Positions 17,439-28,016 are shown, counted from the first letter of the stretch. The stretch: 64,000 nt of DNA from a virus (IMGVR_UViG_3300048861_000043:3178-67177), one strand, 5' to 3'. Notes: generated by a model from the letters alone, not told the origin. Numbers and translations: made by a program.

Positions 17439-18869
17439 TTAGTTGAGACGGCCAGCGTTGGGGAACGCCGACGCGAAGTCGACCGGAATGGCGCTGTCCT
17501 GTGCGATGCGGGGCTGAAGCGCGCCCGGCTTCGGTTGTGCTTCGAGCACGGCACGGAATGCGCTCGGATGGATGCCGTCGACCTTCACGCCGAGAGTCTC
17601 GAGTGCGGTGCGATACACGCTTTCCGCACTGTCGAACGCGACCGACAACTTGCCGACGTATGCGTGAGCGACTTCCTTCGCGTCAGCGATGTCATTGAGG
17701 CGCTTGATGGTTGCGGCTTCAGCGGCCTTGACTGCGGTATTGATCGCGGCGTCCATTGCGGGCTTGCTGACCGAGTCATCTTTCTCGGTAGCAGGCTTGC
17801 CGCCAGGGGCATTCGTGCCAGGGGTCGGCGGGGGATTGTCCATAGCGGGCTTCTTCTCTTCGGGTTTGGCTGCGGGCGGGGCTTCTTCTTCCTCGTCACC
17901 AGCCAGTTTCAGGCCGCGCAACTTGGACTCGATAGCGCTCATGTCCTCATCGCTGATCTTGCCTTTCAGCATCGAACAGATATCGTCGACCGGGCTCGCG
18001 TCAACGGCGGGCATGTCGGCCGGCTCGTCGTCAAGACCGACGTCCAGATCGTCGCCGTCGCCACCGTCCAGGCTGTCGAGCAGTTGCATGACGCTGTCGA
18101 GGTCAGCATCCTTCGCCAGCTTCGGCTTGATGGCCGATGCAATCAGCGGTTTCGACACCAGCCAGTTCGCAGCCGTCACGCCGGCCAGGATCGGGTTAAG
18201 GTCCAGCTTCGCGTCAGCAGCGAGTTTCGGCTTTAGAGCGATCAGCGCCCCCTTAGCCAAAGCAGCTTTCCGAGAAAGGGGCTTCTTGATGCTCATGTTT
18301 TGAATCTCCAAGGGTTGTGAATCGCCTACTACTACATCCGGGCCGGCGCGCCCCGCGACTACGAGAGCCACGTGATTTCCATAAATCGAGCGCATAACTC
18401 CGTCATAAGGAGTGCCCTCGTAAGTGCCAGGCGTCATGTCGGCGGTGTATCGATAGCCGCACGACAGTTCCTGCTGTTGCTTTGATTCGATTGCCTCGAT
18501 GCCTTCTGCGTCCCATACCGTCAGGCTGTTGCGCAGATAAGGTGCATCGAATGAGGCTTCTGAGCCGGTCGTTCCAACCGTAATTGACCGTGGATGGTCG
18601 TTTGCCGTCGATGGCTTGTGGATGAGCAGAAGCGGAACGCTATTGAATGTCGGCGCCGCTTTTGCCAGCTCTTCGGGATCGCGCAAAAGGTTGTAGATCT
18701 TCTTCGGATCAAGGCCGAGCGCTTCGGCGTCCGGGATCTCTTCGCCCAGATAGGGGTTGACGATCGCCTTCGAGATATTCGTGACTGCGACGTGCAGACG
18801 GCCATCCTGGTCGGTCGTGCGCACACTGGCACGGTCGAAGGCGAGGCGATCTTGATTGGCTATTGCCAT
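17439..18869 (-). CDS. Capsid maturation protease/scaffold (DUF2213)
   Basis: AFDRASVRT.D.DGRLHV...ISKA.VNPY.G.EIP...ELS.GY...GNHVALV..GRAG; acidic scaffold C-terminus. Confidence 0.9.
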   Translation of the reverse strand: MAIANQDRLAFDRASVRTTDQDGRLHVAVTNISKAIVNPYLGEEIPDAEALGLDPKKIYNLLRDPEELAKAAPTFNSVPLLLIHKPSTANDHPRSITVGTTGSEASFDAPYLRNSLTVWDAEGIEAIESKQQQELSCGYRYTADMTPGTYEGTPYDGVMRSIYGNHVALVVAGRAGPDVVVGDSQPLEIQNMSIKKPLSRKAALAKGALIALKPKLAADAKLDLNPILAGVTAANWLVSKPLIASAIKPKLAKDADLDSVMQLLDSLDGGDGDDLDVGLDDEPADMPAVDASPVDDICSMLKGKISDEDMSAIESKLRGLKLAGDEEEEAPPAAKPEEKKPAMDNPPPTPGTNAPGGKPATEKDDSVSKPAMDAAINTAVKAAEAATIKRLNDIADAKEVAHAYVGKLSVAFDSAESVYRTALETLGVKVDGIHPSAFRAVLEAQPKPGALQPRIAQDSAIPVDFASAFPNAGRLN

Positions 18870-18885
18870 GGCTTTCTATGGGCGT

Positions 18886-18910
18886 AAAAAATCCCCGCAT
18901 ATGGCGGGCT
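18886..18910 (-). terminator. Intrinsic terminator-like hairpin
   Basis: AGCCCGC-CATAT-GCGGGGATTTTTT. Confidence 0.55.
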
Positions 18911-18926
18911 TTGTAGGCGGCGGAGC

Positions 18927-19784
18927 TCAGTCTTCAAGGCCAGGTATCACGCTTTGCGACGTGCACCGGCAATTTGGTAACTGGCCGGGCCAGATGTATT
19001 CGCCGTCGATCAGGCAGCCTTCGGCAACGTCGTACAGCATGCCTTTTCCGCCGTTGTCGCGACCTGCTGCAAGATGCGAGATACGCGGATGCTTGCCGGC
19101 TCCGGAGTGCTTCCAGCGGGCCTGTGTAATCCCGAGTTCGTTCTGGCGCGTCCGGTTGATGACGGCAGTCATCTTGTTGGATTGGTCGCGCGCGATAAAT
19201 GAGGCTCGCTTTTTCGTGATGTCGTACCGCGCAGTCAGATCAGCGGTCAACGCACCCAGATCGCGTCCGGTCTGCATGTGACGCATGACCAGGCCTTCGA
19301 CTTGCGATAGATGCTCCGAGGCGATGCTTTTTATTAGCCCGACATTTTCACCAATCGCGGCCTGCATGGCGTTATTGACGTCGGCGGTAGTCTTGAACTG
19401 AACCGTGAAGCCGGCTTTCTTCAGGATGTCTTTCAGCTGAACTTCGGTAGCGCCAGCAGCCTTGTCCACGAAGTACTTGGCCAGGTCATCTGCGCCCTTA
19501 TCGAACGCCTTCATCCAACGTCGCGACATGCGGTGTATCGCGCGGCGCATTGCGTTGGCAGGGCTACCATCACGGAATGACTCGAAGCCGGCGTCCTGTG
19601 CTAGGCTAGGCGGTGGATTTGCACGGTATTGGGCAGTGATCCACCACACCAGCGACTTGTGCATCGCGTCAATCCAGCGGTCCAACTGTTTTTTATACGC
19701 CGCTTCAATGCCGGCATTGGCTCGCACGGGACGCAGCACAATATCCTTGCCGGTCGGAGATACGAGCTTTCGAGGAGTCGCCAT
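18927..19784 (-). CDS. Head morphogenesis protein (Mu gpF/SPP1 gp7-like)
   Basis: RA..IARDQ..K...W.HS...HPR..H...PGQLPNCRC. Confidence 0.9.
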   Translation of the reverse strand: MATPRKLVSPTGKDIVLRPVRANAGIEAAYKKQLDRWIDAMHKSLVWWITAQYRANPPPSLAQDAGFESFRDGSPANAMRRAIHRMSRRWMKAFDKGADDLAKYFVDKAAGATEVQLKDILKKAGFTVQFKTTADVNNAMQAAIGENVGLIKSIASEHLSQVEGLVMRHMQTGRDLGALTADLTARYDITKKRASFIARDQSNKMTAVINRTRQNELGITQARWKHSGAGKHPRISHLAAGRDNGGKGMLYDVAEGCLIDGEYIWPGQLPNCRCTSQSVIPGLED

Positions 19785-20031
19785 GAAGGAAGGAATCGCT
19801 GTCGATTACGTCGGCTACGACCACGAAGAACCGCAACGGGTCGTCGTGTACGTCGGCGAGAACGATGAGTTTTCCGCCCGGTTCAACCTGTCCGATCTGC
19901 TGGACACTGAACTGGACATGTTCAAGCTGAGGAATGGGCTGACCAATAGCGCCGGCAAGCCGCGGTTCGATGCGATGGAATTGGAACTAACCGAAATGGT
20001 TAGGCGGATCAGGGCGATCAAATATGGCTAG
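19783..20031 (+). CDS. Antisense 82-aa hypothetical protein filling the gap in the head operon
   Basis: GAGGAG RBS before ATG 19783; MKEGIAVDYVGYDHEEPQ...; overlaps both flanking minus-strand genes by 2-3 nt. Confidence 0.6.
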   Translation: MKEGIAVDYVGYDHEEPQRVVVYVGENDEFSARFNLSDLLDTELDMFKLRNGLTNSAGKPRFDAMELELTEMVRRIRAIKYG

Positions 20032-21113
20032 TTGCCAATGCACTGATACGCGATAACGTCCGTCGTAGTGCCGGAGTTAAACGTAACGGTTGATGCAGAC
20101 GTATTCGTGGCGCGAACGGCACTGTTCGTGGATGTGTTCGTCGCCGCGCACACGTAGGAAGTCGTGTTGCTGAACACAGCATTGCCGGTGAAGGTGGCGG
20201 TGGCGTTACCGCCAGCAAGGGTCACAGTGCCCGTCACCACATGCGGAGTCGTTACAGCTACTCCGGCGGCAGAATAGACGTTGAGTGTTCCGCTACCAGC
20301 AATCAGGGCGCCCGAAACAGCCATGCTGCCGGTGTGGGTCCAGCTTCCCGTGCCGCTGTTCGAAAGGATGCCGGTGATTCCAGTGGCGAATCCGCCCTGC
20401 GCCTGCAGAATCGGCGCGCCACCAGTGAACGCGTCATTGGCAAAGCCGGCGATGACAAAATTGCCGCCTGCCCACTGCGAATATGCACTGCGGTTGTTTG
20501 CAGTATTAGTGGAATTGATGTAAGCAAGGGTCGCTTGATTCGCTGCGCCGCCTACAAATGCCTGCACGCTACTCTGCGTCGTCACGTTCAACGGCGTGCT
20601 AGGCGCACCCGCAGCCATGATGCTACCGCCGTTAGCAACGATATTGGGCGCCGTGATGTTAGACGTCGCGCTAAATGGCCCGGTATGCGCCCATGCTCCG
20701 CTGCCGCTATTGGAGGTGATGCCCGTGATTCCGGTTGAGCCACCCGTTACCGAGAACGGAACGACTACCGTGCTATGCGCGTCGTTTGCAAAACGCAGTG
20801 CGGCCGCTCCGTTGAAGAATATCCACTCGGCGGTGCGGTTGTTCACCGATTGCGTCGCATCGAACATCTGCACATCGGCGATGTTCGGCGTCGCGTTCAG
20901 AGCCACACCAGAGTTAGTCGGGCTGGCCGGCTGGGTGTTCGATGTCGAGCTGACATTGCCCTGCACATTCACATTGCCGGTCGTAGTCACGGTGCCCGTG
21001 AATGCAGCCGTGCCGCCCGTGATCTTGACGTTGGCGGGGTTGTAGATCGGACCGCTATATTGAGCGGATGCCAGCGCGGGCAGCAACAGAAAAATAAAGG
21101 CGAGTTTCTGCAT
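20028..21113 (-). CDS. Fibre/adhesin-like G/N/S/T-rich protein with signal peptide and internal duplication
   Basis: Start re-called at 21113 (MQKLAFIFLLLPALASAQ); two ~75-aa repeats (NNR...FANDA...GITGI.SNSG.G.W.HTG). Confidence 0.8.
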   Translation of the reverse strand: MQKLAFIFLLLPALASAQYSGPIYNPANVKITGGTAAFTGTVTTTGNVNVQGNVSSTSNTQPASPTNSGVALNATPNIADVQMFDATQSVNNRTAEWIFFNGAAALRFANDAHSTVVVPFSVTGGSTGITGITSNSGSGAWAHTGPFSATSNITAPNIVANGGSIMAAGAPSTPLNVTTQSSVQAFVGGAANQATLAYINSTNTANNRSAYSQWAGGNFVIAGFANDAFTGGAPILQAQGGFATGITGILSNSGTGSWTHTGSMAVSGALIAGSGTLNVYSAAGVAVTTPHVVTGTVTLAGGNATATFTGNAVFSNTTSYVCAATNTSTNSAVRATNTSASTVTFNSGTTTDVIAYQCIGN

Positions 21114-21114
21114 T

Positions 21115-21564
21115 TTAGTACCCGATGATGGCGAAGGTAGTCGCCGCGGCAGAGCCCAGCCCATTCACCGTGTTCGTCGGGCCGAAGTGCAGGAAGATTG
21201 AGCCGCCAGCGGCAATCGCGAAATCAGTGGCCGTTGCCGCGCGACCAAATGAGATGAACAAGGTGTTGCCATTAGAACTGGTGTTCTGGATGCAGCAGCA
21301 GCCTTTGAGGGCGCCAGCGGCCAGGATCACAGCCGACGTCGTGCCGACCGTACCGGAAGGAGCCGATACGCCAGCTTGCGGAGCATTCTGGACTGTGACC
21401 GTGCTTGCGCCTCCGCCACCACCTCCGGAGACCAGTGTCACTGGAATCGGATTGTTCGCATCTGCAGCCTGCGCGATACCGTTTCCATCCAGCGCCATGG
21501 GGACGACACCCGGCACAGGGCGTGACGGTGTTCCCATAACCGGAAATTCAGCTTGCGATGTCAT
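21115..21564 (-). CDS. Hypothetical virion-associated protein
   Basis: 149 aa coupled to portal; beta-rich C-terminus IQN...N.LFISFG..AT. Confidence 0.7.
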   Translation of the reverse strand: MTSQAEFPVMGTPSRPVPGVVPMALDGNGIAQAADANNPIPVTLVSGGGGGGASTVTVQNAPQAGVSAPSGTVGTTSAVILAAGALKGCCCIQNTSSNGNTLFISFGRAATATDFAIAAGGSIFLHFGPTNTVNGLGSAAATTFAIIGY

Positions 21565-23114
21565 TCGTCATCTTCCGTTGGTTGCTCTTGCTGCCCGCTG
21601 ATCTTCTCTGCCTTTGCCTCTGGGCCTTCTTCAGGTTCGGGCACATCTGGCAAGTCCAAAGTCAGATCCAGTCCGTTGTATGGCGAATCTTCCTGGCTGG
21701 CTACGCGCGCGCGCGCTTCTTCCTGGCTGATAACACCGGCGCCGATCAGTACAGCATCGGTATCAGCGTCCTGCTTACGGGCAGTCGCGAGATCGTTCTC
21801 GCTTTGCGTATGGAGCGGCATCCAGCGAAAGCCGATACTCGGGTCAATCTCGCCATATAGCGACAACTGGATCAGGTTGATGATGCGCGAAACATGGGGT
21901 GTATAGCCTTCCTGCTGCGCGCTGCACCAGTCCTCGAATACGCGAATTTCGCCGTCGCTCGATGCGTTCAGGCCACTCGGGGTAATACCAGTCAGGTAGA
22001 CAAGCGGGATCCCAGTGACCGATGCCATCTGCTCTTGCGCCTGCGCCTGAAGCTTATCCAGCCCGGTGATTGGAGCAGAAATATTGGTGAAATCCTCGGT
22101 CGCCATGTCGATGCCCATGACGCCATGGTTATCGCGGCCGCGATTGAAAATCTGCAGGCGCCGATAGAACTCCTCCGCACCTCCGCCGTTCAGGATGGAG
22201 CTCATATTCGTCTTCAGCACCCACACAGTAAAGGCATGGATGATGTCTGAGACGCTCTGGCGCGTGCGAAGCCAGTTGTCGACATACGGCTTCATCATCT
22301 GTGACAGACTCAGACCCCCAAACTGATAGGCTGGCTTGAGAATGTCAGGGACTTCGCGACTAACAAAGGTCAATAGCCGGCTCGAGTGAATCGTGCGATT
22401 CATCACAAACCACGCTTGCGGTTTGTAGAACCATTGGTCCAACGGATTGGTCGAGTTGTAGATATAGGGATATACCCATATCGGCTCAATAACCTTCAGT
22501 GCCTTGATGCTATTGAGTCCGACCTTTGCCTTGGTCTCGGCAAGGTCAGTCTGTAGTTCGGCCTCGTCGTTGAAATCAACGCCCGTATCGATGTAGATGT
22601 GCGAACGGCCAAATTGGCCGTCCTGCAGGATCGCCTCACGAAACTTGGCCTGAACACCCAGGCGCTTCATCTCGGCATCGATCGCCTTGATCTTGTCCGC
22701 TTTGCTTTTGTCTGTCTTTCCATCTTCTCCGGTGGCCTGCAGTTCAATCCACTTTCGCGTCATCTGCTTCGCGAAAATCTCAGATGGGCGGCGATACTCT
22801 GGGCGTTGAGTCAGTTCGGCGAGGTACGGATACCCCATGAACTGGATGCCCTCATTGAAGATGGCATTGATATGGGCAAAATCTGCGACCGGTTGGAAGG
22901 CGCTGTCCATCGCCATCTTGACGGCTTTGGGCATGACCCCAGGCGCCGGATCAGGCAGTTTGTACGTCTGTACCGGCTTGCCATCAGGCAATTGCATCGT
23001 GGCCAGCGCGCTGTACGATACCTTCATGGCCGGTCGGGAGTCCGAAGCCAGCTTGGGCTCAGATGTGGCGACGCGGGCCGCCATCTGCGCCTGTTTGCGT
23101 TGCTTGCGGGTCAT
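21561..23114 (-). CDS. Portal protein (DUF1073 family)
   Basis: [16 protein letters not shown]...RKWI...[23 protein letters not shown]...GL.ASSDGE; follows TerL. Confidence 0.9.
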   Translation of the reverse strand: MTRKQRKQAQMAARVATSEPKLASDSRPAMKVSYSALATMQLPDGKPVQTYKLPDPAPGVMPKAVKMAMDSAFQPVADFAHINAIFNEGIQFMGYPYLAELTQRPEYRRPSEIFAKQMTRKWIELQATGEDGKTDKSKADKIKAIDAEMKRLGVQAKFREAILQDGQFGRSHIYIDTGVDFNDEAELQTDLAETKAKVGLNSIKALKVIEPIWVYPYIYNSTNPLDQWFYKPQAWFVMNRTIHSSRLLTFVSREVPDILKPAYQFGGLSLSQMMKPYVDNWLRTRQSVSDIIHAFTVWVLKTNMSSILNGGGAEEFYRRLQIFNRGRDNHGVMGIDMATEDFTNISAPITGLDKLQAQAQEQMASVTGIPLVYLTGITPSGLNASSDGEIRVFEDWCSAQQEGYTPHVSRIINLIQLSLYGEIDPSIGFRWMPLHTQSENDLATARKQDADTDAVLIGAGVISQEEARARVASQEDSPYNGLDLTLDLPDVPEPEEGPEAKAEKISGQQEQPTEDDE

Positions 23115-24688
23115 CGTGTACTGCCCATGCGGGAGAATTGTTGAAGGGCGTCGTCACTGATAACCATCGGTCCAGTGCCGCCCAGCATGTCGGTAATAGC
23201 GTCGACCATCGGATCAATCTGGTCGTCATGCGCGTGCGTGTCGTCGGCCGTGAAGCTTTCGCACTCGGTCACGAAGTCGCTAACCCATGGAGCGTCAAGC
23301 GGGATGCAAACGTTGCCAACATCAATCTGGCTAACAATATCCATGACGCGCGTCAGCTTGTCTTTGGTGCGCTCGATACCCTTGACTGGAATCCCGCCGT
23401 CATTCTTGATTTCCTGTATCAGGCCTGTCCCGCTTGCCTTGTCTTCGACCAGCATCTGACGAAGCGCCGGCGCGTCGGGATCACCGGCACCGATACCTTT
23501 GTGCTTGTTCCAGAAGTCGATGGCTCGGCGCTTCAGTTCGGGCGCTTCCCACTTTCCGCGGATCAGGTCCAGCAGATAAAGGCGGTTGTCTTTGCCGTAG
23601 CCCCAGCACTGAAAGACGCTGTAGTCATTGCGCTCCGCGGTCTTCTGCGCCGTATCCGCGTAGATCTTGCGGAACTTCAGTTGCGGCAACGCGCCATAGC
23701 GAACGAACTTGCCGGACTGGATAATCCCGCCACCCAGCGGGGAAGGGCGCTGCATGTATTGACCGCTGAACACGTAGCGATCGGCTTTCTCAGACGCCAA
23801 CAGATCCTGCAGCGGCTCCTTGTACGGCCAGTAGCTAAACCGTCCGTCTTCATCGCGCTCCGAGCTATCCACCATCGGGCGGATATGCTCAGGCAGATTC
23901 GCAACATACTCATCCGTGATGAGCGCCGGGATCTCGATAAAGGTCCAATCGCCGGGAACCTTACCGGCCTTGATGAAGCCAGTAGGATCTTCCTCAGCCA
24001 AGCGCTGCATGATCAGGACAATCGGCGTGTCCGGATTCGCTCGACGACTCTTGACCGTCGAAATGATCTTCCGGTTTGCCTTGTCGCGATTGGTCTTGCT
24101 GTACGCGTCTTCGACCTTGAGCGGGTCGTCGATCAGGATGGCGCCTTGCCAGCCTTCAGCCATGTGGCCAGCACGAAAGCCTGTGATCTGGCCGCCCAGC
24201 GAGGTAGCGTAGACGCCGCCAGCCTTCTTGCCGTTGTCCTCGACGTTCCAGCGCTTCTTCGAGTCGGCGTCGCCCGCAATCTTGCGCGGCCACAACTCCT
24301 GATACTCGCTCGAGCGCACGACTTCGCGCGCCGTTTCCGAGTTCAGTACCGCGAGGTCATCCGAATACGAGATGTGCAGGAAGCGGGCACGGGCGTTCAG
24401 AGCCAAGCCGCGGGCGATCAGGTTGATCACCACTTCTTCGGTCTTCGAAGACCCGGGCGAAACGTTGAAAACAACGTTCTTTATCTCGCCCTGAATGACC
24501 TTCTCAAGGATGTAGGCAATGTAGACGTGATGCCAGTTGACCCGAAAGTCGATGCCTTGGCGGATCCTGAAGAAGTGTTTCGTGAATTCCAGGTGATCGG
24601 CTTCTAGCTTAAGCCTGAGCCGGCGAAGCTTTTCAGCCTTGATTTGCTCCAGACTGGGCAGCGAGACGTTCGAGGACTTCAAGTTCAT
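23111..24688 (-). CDS. terL: Terminase large subunit
   Basis: Walker A-like SPGSSKT; GQITGFRAG; IDDP Walker B; MQRL coupling motif; RNase H nuclease DTA...NDYSV...HDDQID. Confidence 0.95.
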   Translation of the reverse strand: MNLKSSNVSLPSLEQIKAEKLRRLRLKLEADHLEFTKHFFRIRQGIDFRVNWHHVYIAYILEKVIQGEIKNVVFNVSPGSSKTEEVVINLIARGLALNARARFLHISYSDDLAVLNSETAREVVRSSEYQELWPRKIAGDADSKKRWNVEDNGKKAGGVYATSLGGQITGFRAGHMAEGWQGAILIDDPLKVEDAYSKTNRDKANRKIISTVKSRRANPDTPIVLIMQRLAEEDPTGFIKAGKVPGDWTFIEIPALITDEYVANLPEHIRPMVDSSERDEDGRFSYWPYKEPLQDLLASEKADRYVFSGQYMQRPSPLGGGIIQSGKFVRYGALPQLKFRKIYADTAQKTAERNDYSVFQCWGYGKDNRLYLLDLIRGKWEAPELKRRAIDFWNKHKGIGAGDPDAPALRQMLVEDKASGTGLIQEIKNDGGIPVKGIERTKDKLTRVMDIVSQIDVGNVCIPLDAPWVSDFVTECESFTADDTHAHDDQIDPMVDAITDMLGGTGPMVISDDALQQFSRMGSTR

Positions 24689-25139
24689 GGTCGGTCAACC
24701 CGGTTAGATCGACCGGAACGGGCTGCGTCTTGATCGGACCACCGTCTCTACCGGTGTGCTCCAGCTTGTGTCTGTTGGTGTAGGCGTCGCCAGTTTCTTT
24801 GGCGACCTGCTCGAGAAGTTGCGCGGTCAATGCAAGGTTGCCTTGCGACTCGGCGCGCTCGATCATTCTCTGAAGCGTGCGGAGGCGAACCGCCCGATGA
24901 GAGATGCCGATCAGGCTGGTGTCCTCCAGGAACGTCTTGCGGGTCTCCGCGAAGATCAGCCGGTATTTCTCGCTAAGCTTCTGGCCGATGCGCTTGTTCG
25001 GGTCATAAGCCTCGCATTGCTGGGGCGAAACATCCAGCCCAAATTCCGCTTTGACCATCTTCGCGGCTTGCGACGGTGTGTCGAAGCAGGCGAGTGCCTG
25101 AACAATGCGTAATTTGACGTTATCGGCTAGAGCAGCCAT
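24633..25139 (-). CDS. terS: Terminase small subunit (DUF2280-like)
   Basis: [13 protein letters not shown]...QQ.E.YDP.K..G..L; [13 protein letters not shown]. Confidence 0.85.
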   Translation of the reverse strand: MAALADNVKLRIVQALACFDTPSQAAKMVKAEFGLDVSPQQCEAYDPNKRIGQKLSEKYRLIFAETRKTFLEDTSLIGISHRAVRLRTLQRMIERAESQGNLALTAQLLEQVAKETGDAYTNRHKLEHTGRDGGPIKTQPVPVDLTGLTDHELEVLERLAAQSGANQG

Positions 25140-25168
25140 TCCTTACATCCTTCTAACCCGCGTCTAAG

Positions 25169-25831
25169 TCAGGCGGCTTTCAATAAGCAAGTCCCGCACA
25201 TGCGGGCGATGTCAATATTGGCGATCTCGGGCGCCTGATTCGCGGCCCTCACAAGCTTCGCTGTGTTGCTGTCTGGAGAGCCCATGCCGTAGCGTCGAAC
25301 CACCCCAATAAATTCTTCGACGTCGTGCGATTGGATCCCGATCTTCGGCTGGCCGTCCTTCGTAAATGCCGGTGCGCCGAATTCATCCAGCCTGTGCGCG
25401 AGGTGATATAGCTCATGCTCGACCAACGCACAGAACTCAGCGTCTGAGCATTCCCGGCAGTAGTTGGCGTCCAGTGTGATGAGGTATCCCGGCACGCGGC
25501 CGAACCATTCCTCCATCTGCTGTTCCTGCCGACCCTTCTGCCACGCTCCACAGCGGAATGTCACTTCCTCGCACTGGCCGATTACCCGGCGCATCTGGCG
25601 TTTGTTCTCGGGTATGGCCCAGAGGAAAGCCAGGTCCGCGAAGCGCAGATGCTCGTGGTCTTCGTTGTGGAGCGGCGAATCGAGCCGCAGGAAAGTGTCA
25701 GCCACCCAGTCATGCAAGCCATCAGCGGGGACGAAGCGCTTTACCCAATTGCCGTCGTCAAATAGCAAATCTGGAGGCGCAGGCCTGAGCTGCGCAATGT
25801 TTCCGATGTTTTCTTGCTTCTTGCGAGGCAT
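25169..25831 (-). CDS. Phage putative metallopeptidase
   Basis: ALVEHELYH (HExxH) and HDVEEF.GVV.RYG. Confidence 0.85.
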   Translation of the reverse strand: MPRKKQENIGNIAQLRPAPPDLLFDDGNWVKRFVPADGLHDWVADTFLRLDSPLHNEDHEHLRFADLAFLWAIPENKRQMRRVIGQCEEVTFRCGAWQKGRQEQQMEEWFGRVPGYLITLDANYCRECSDAEFCALVEHELYHLAHRLDEFGAPAFTKDGQPKIGIQSHDVEEFIGVVRRYGMGSPDSNTAKLVRAANQAPEIANIDIARMCGTCLLKAA

Positions 25832-25885
25832 TCGTTTCTCTCAGCAGCGCGGCGCATCGGAGGAATTCACTCGCGCATCCTCAAA

Positions 25886-26152
25886 TTAGATAGCCGGATT
25901 CTTTGGCAGCGTCTTTAAAATAGCGTCGAGATCGCTGCAATCGACCTTGCAGTTGAGTGTGACCGTGGATTCCGCGGGCTTGCCCATCCGCACGATCAGC
26001 GATTCGAGATACTTGATCTTCTGCCGGTCGTCCCACCAGCCATCGGCGATTTGCCGAATCTGTCCAGGGTCAAGCGTCACATCCCGGTTTTCGCCAGTGG
26101 CCTGCATTGCCCGACGATGCAGGCTTTGCGGAGTTTCAAGGATGGTGGGCAT
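25886..26152 (-). CDS. Hypothetical protein
   Basis: 88-aa ORF in late-operon orientation with GAG RBS. Confidence 0.6.
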   Translation of the reverse strand: MPTILETPQSLHRRAMQATGENRDVTLDPGQIRQIADGWWDDRQKIKYLESLIVRMGKPAESTVTLNCKVDCSDLDAILKTLPKNPAI

Positions 26153-26205
26153 GATGTCTCTTGATTTGGTGTTCTATACCCTGTCACGCGGTGGAGAGGG
26201 GTAGG

Positions 26206-27426
26206 TTAGGCGCCCATCAGTTCGGATGCTTGTCGCTCATAGAACCGGCCGCCAATCATGGCGTGGTCCCGCAACTCGACGTATTCGAACTGCGTGTGTT
26301 TCTTTTGCGTGTCGACATGGCACAGCATGAAGCCCAGCGCCCACTTCTCGCCGGCACAGTACGTAGCCGCGCGAGCGTGGCCGCATCCAAGCTGGTGCCA
26401 TTCGCTCGAGCCGAACTGCGGCGAATAGAACGGCCACACGATGTGCTTGTGATGATGTCCCGAGAAGCCAGGCACGCCCATATTCCGGCCTTCCGGGAAG
26501 TGATGCGCCAGCAGGCAGTCATACATGACGTGGTAGTTCTTCGCCAGTTCCTGCTTCATGTCGCGCTCACTGAACGCGGCGAGATCCATCCGGGCGATGT
26601 AGTTCACCTGGTAGGCGTCTAGGCCCAGCAGCTTCGGCACCGTGAAGCCGTGCAGGTCGGACAACACAACCTTAAGCGCGGGCGTCGCCTCGCCGAGGTG
26701 GCGAATCAGGCGAGCCTCGTGGTTGCCCTCGATGTAGATGATTTCCGTCTCCGGGCAAGCCGTGCGGATATCCTCGAGGAAGGCATGCAGCCACTTGATG
26801 CGGCCAATCACATCCCATTCGCGCGGGTCGACTCCGTACTTGCCGAACTCGGGCAAATCCAGCGCGTCGCCGTTAATGACAACCTTCTCGGGCTGCACAC
26901 GCTTTGCCGTATCGATGAAACAGCGGCGCCAGAACGGGTCGCACTCGATGTCGTGAATATCCGACGCGACCAGTACCGTCTGGAAGCGCTTCGAGCTAGG
27001 GCGCAGATACGCGTCTTCCCAGCCAGATTTCTCAACGTTCATGCGGCGCTGCACGTCCTTGCTGGCGTGCTTGGCGATTGCCCGCTCGAGACCGTGAGCG
27101 TGGCGAGACAGGACAATGCCTGCCTGGCGCTTGAACTCGTGGAACGTGCCGAAGTGCCTATTCCATGTGGACTCGGAGATTTCCGAATGCACACGGAAGT
27201 AGTTCCGGGATATAACTTTGTCTTCGTCAATCTGCGCGATGCGCTGCAACTCGTTGATGCAGTCTTCGGCCGTCCAGTCTGCCTGGTACTTGCGCTGATT
27301 CTCCGAGAGTGGCACGGCACCGCGGAGTCGTCCGCGCAGCGTGCTTTCCGGCATGCCGATCGCTCTGGCTGCGGCAGATATGGTTCCGTGGTCCTTTACG
27401 GCTTTCAACAAGTCGTTTGCATCCAC
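26206..27426 (-). CDS. Calcineurin-like metallophosphoesterase with N-terminal HTH and homing-endonuclease-associated repeat
   Basis: SDIHD, INGDALD, EGNHE, SGHHH motifs; N-terminal ISAAARAIGMPESTLRGRL HTH. Confidence 0.85.
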   Translation of the reverse strand: MDANDLLKAVKDHGTISAAARAIGMPESTLRGRLRGAVPLSENQRKYQADWTAEDCINELQRIAQIDEDKVISRNYFRVHSEISESTWNRHFGTFHEFKRQAGIVLSRHAHGLERAIAKHASKDVQRRMNVEKSGWEDAYLRPSSKRFQTVLVASDIHDIECDPFWRRCFIDTAKRVQPEKVVINGDALDLPEFGKYGVDPREWDVIGRIKWLHAFLEDIRTACPETEIIYIEGNHEARLIRHLGEATPALKVVLSDLHGFTVPKLLGLDAYQVNYIARMDLAAFSERDMKQELAKNYHVMYDCLLAHHFPEGRNMGVPGFSGHHHKHIVWPFYSPQFGSSEWHQLGCGHARAATYCAGEKWALGFMLCHVDTQKKHTQFEYVELRDHAMIGGRFYERQASELMGA

Positions 27427-27436
27427 GGATTTCCCC

Positions 27437-27646
27437 TTAAGAACTCAGTTTTGGTTTGAATTCGAGACACCAGTCGGTAACGCGCACGACCGGAAAGAAC
27501 GTATCGACATGCTCGCCGCTTGCGTCAAATGCAGGCTTAGGCGGGAAGCGGTGGCAGGTGATGACCTCACCAAAGTCCACGGCTCTACAGTCTTTGCATG
27601 TGCTCGTCGGCTCCTCCACCAGAATGACTTTGGCTTTACGAGGCAT
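27437..27646 (-). CDS. Small Cys-rich hypothetical protein
   Basis: Start re-called after terminator; C..C...CHRFPP...FPVV...DWC.EF. Confidence 0.7.
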   Translation of the reverse strand: MPRKAKVILVEEPTSTCKDCRAVDFGEVITCHRFPPKPAFDASGEHVDTFFPVVRVTDWCLEFKPKLSS

Positions 27647-27662
27647 GGACGGCACCATAGAT

Positions 27663-27691
27663 AAAAAAGCCCGCATCCTTTCAGTGCGGGC
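27663..27691 (-). terminator. Intrinsic terminator
   Basis: GCCCGCA...TGCGGGCTTTTTT. Confidence 0.65.
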
Positions 27692-27725
27692 AGCGACGAA
27701 GGGGATCGTCGAGAGGAGAATTCTG

Positions 27726-28016
27726 TTATGCGGCGTTCTGGCTGAGGCCAGCCGCAGTCATGCATGTGGTGCCACCAAGTCCAGTCGGGCAGTTCGCCTT
27801 GGCGCACACATAGCCCATGACAGGCGAGAGCACAATGCCGCAAGTTGGGCAGCGCTGCTCGCCGATGGTTGGAATCGCCGGCCATGCTGGCCAACTGGGC
27901 AAAGGCTCAGTCGCTGGCTTCGCCTCAATTGGACCGTACCGGCGCCCGGCTTGCTCAAGTTGCGCCACTCGGCGCTCAAGGTCGGCAATCTTATCGGCGG
28001 TCGTCATCACTGACAT
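27726..28016 (-). CDS. Hypothetical protein with zinc-ribbon-like motif
   Basis: Coiled N-terminus then CPTCGI...MGYVC...CP. Confidence 0.65.
   Translation of the reverse strand: MSVMTTADKIADLERRVAQLEQAGRRYGPIEAKPATEPLPSWPAWPAIPTIGEQRCPTCGIVLSPVMGYVCAKANCPTGLGGTTCMTAAGLSQNAA

Noticed and set aside
21561-23114. Anti-CBASS Acb1 label often attached to DUF1073 proteins
   Set aside because: Size, position after terL and motifs indicate portal; no 2H phosphoesterase domain seen
23063-24607. 514-aa plus-strand ORF opposite terL (likewise 15232-16437, 11681-12343, 9249-9995, 45989-47026 and similar)
   Set aside because: Antisense shadows of well-supported genes in high-GC DNA; no RBS or motifs
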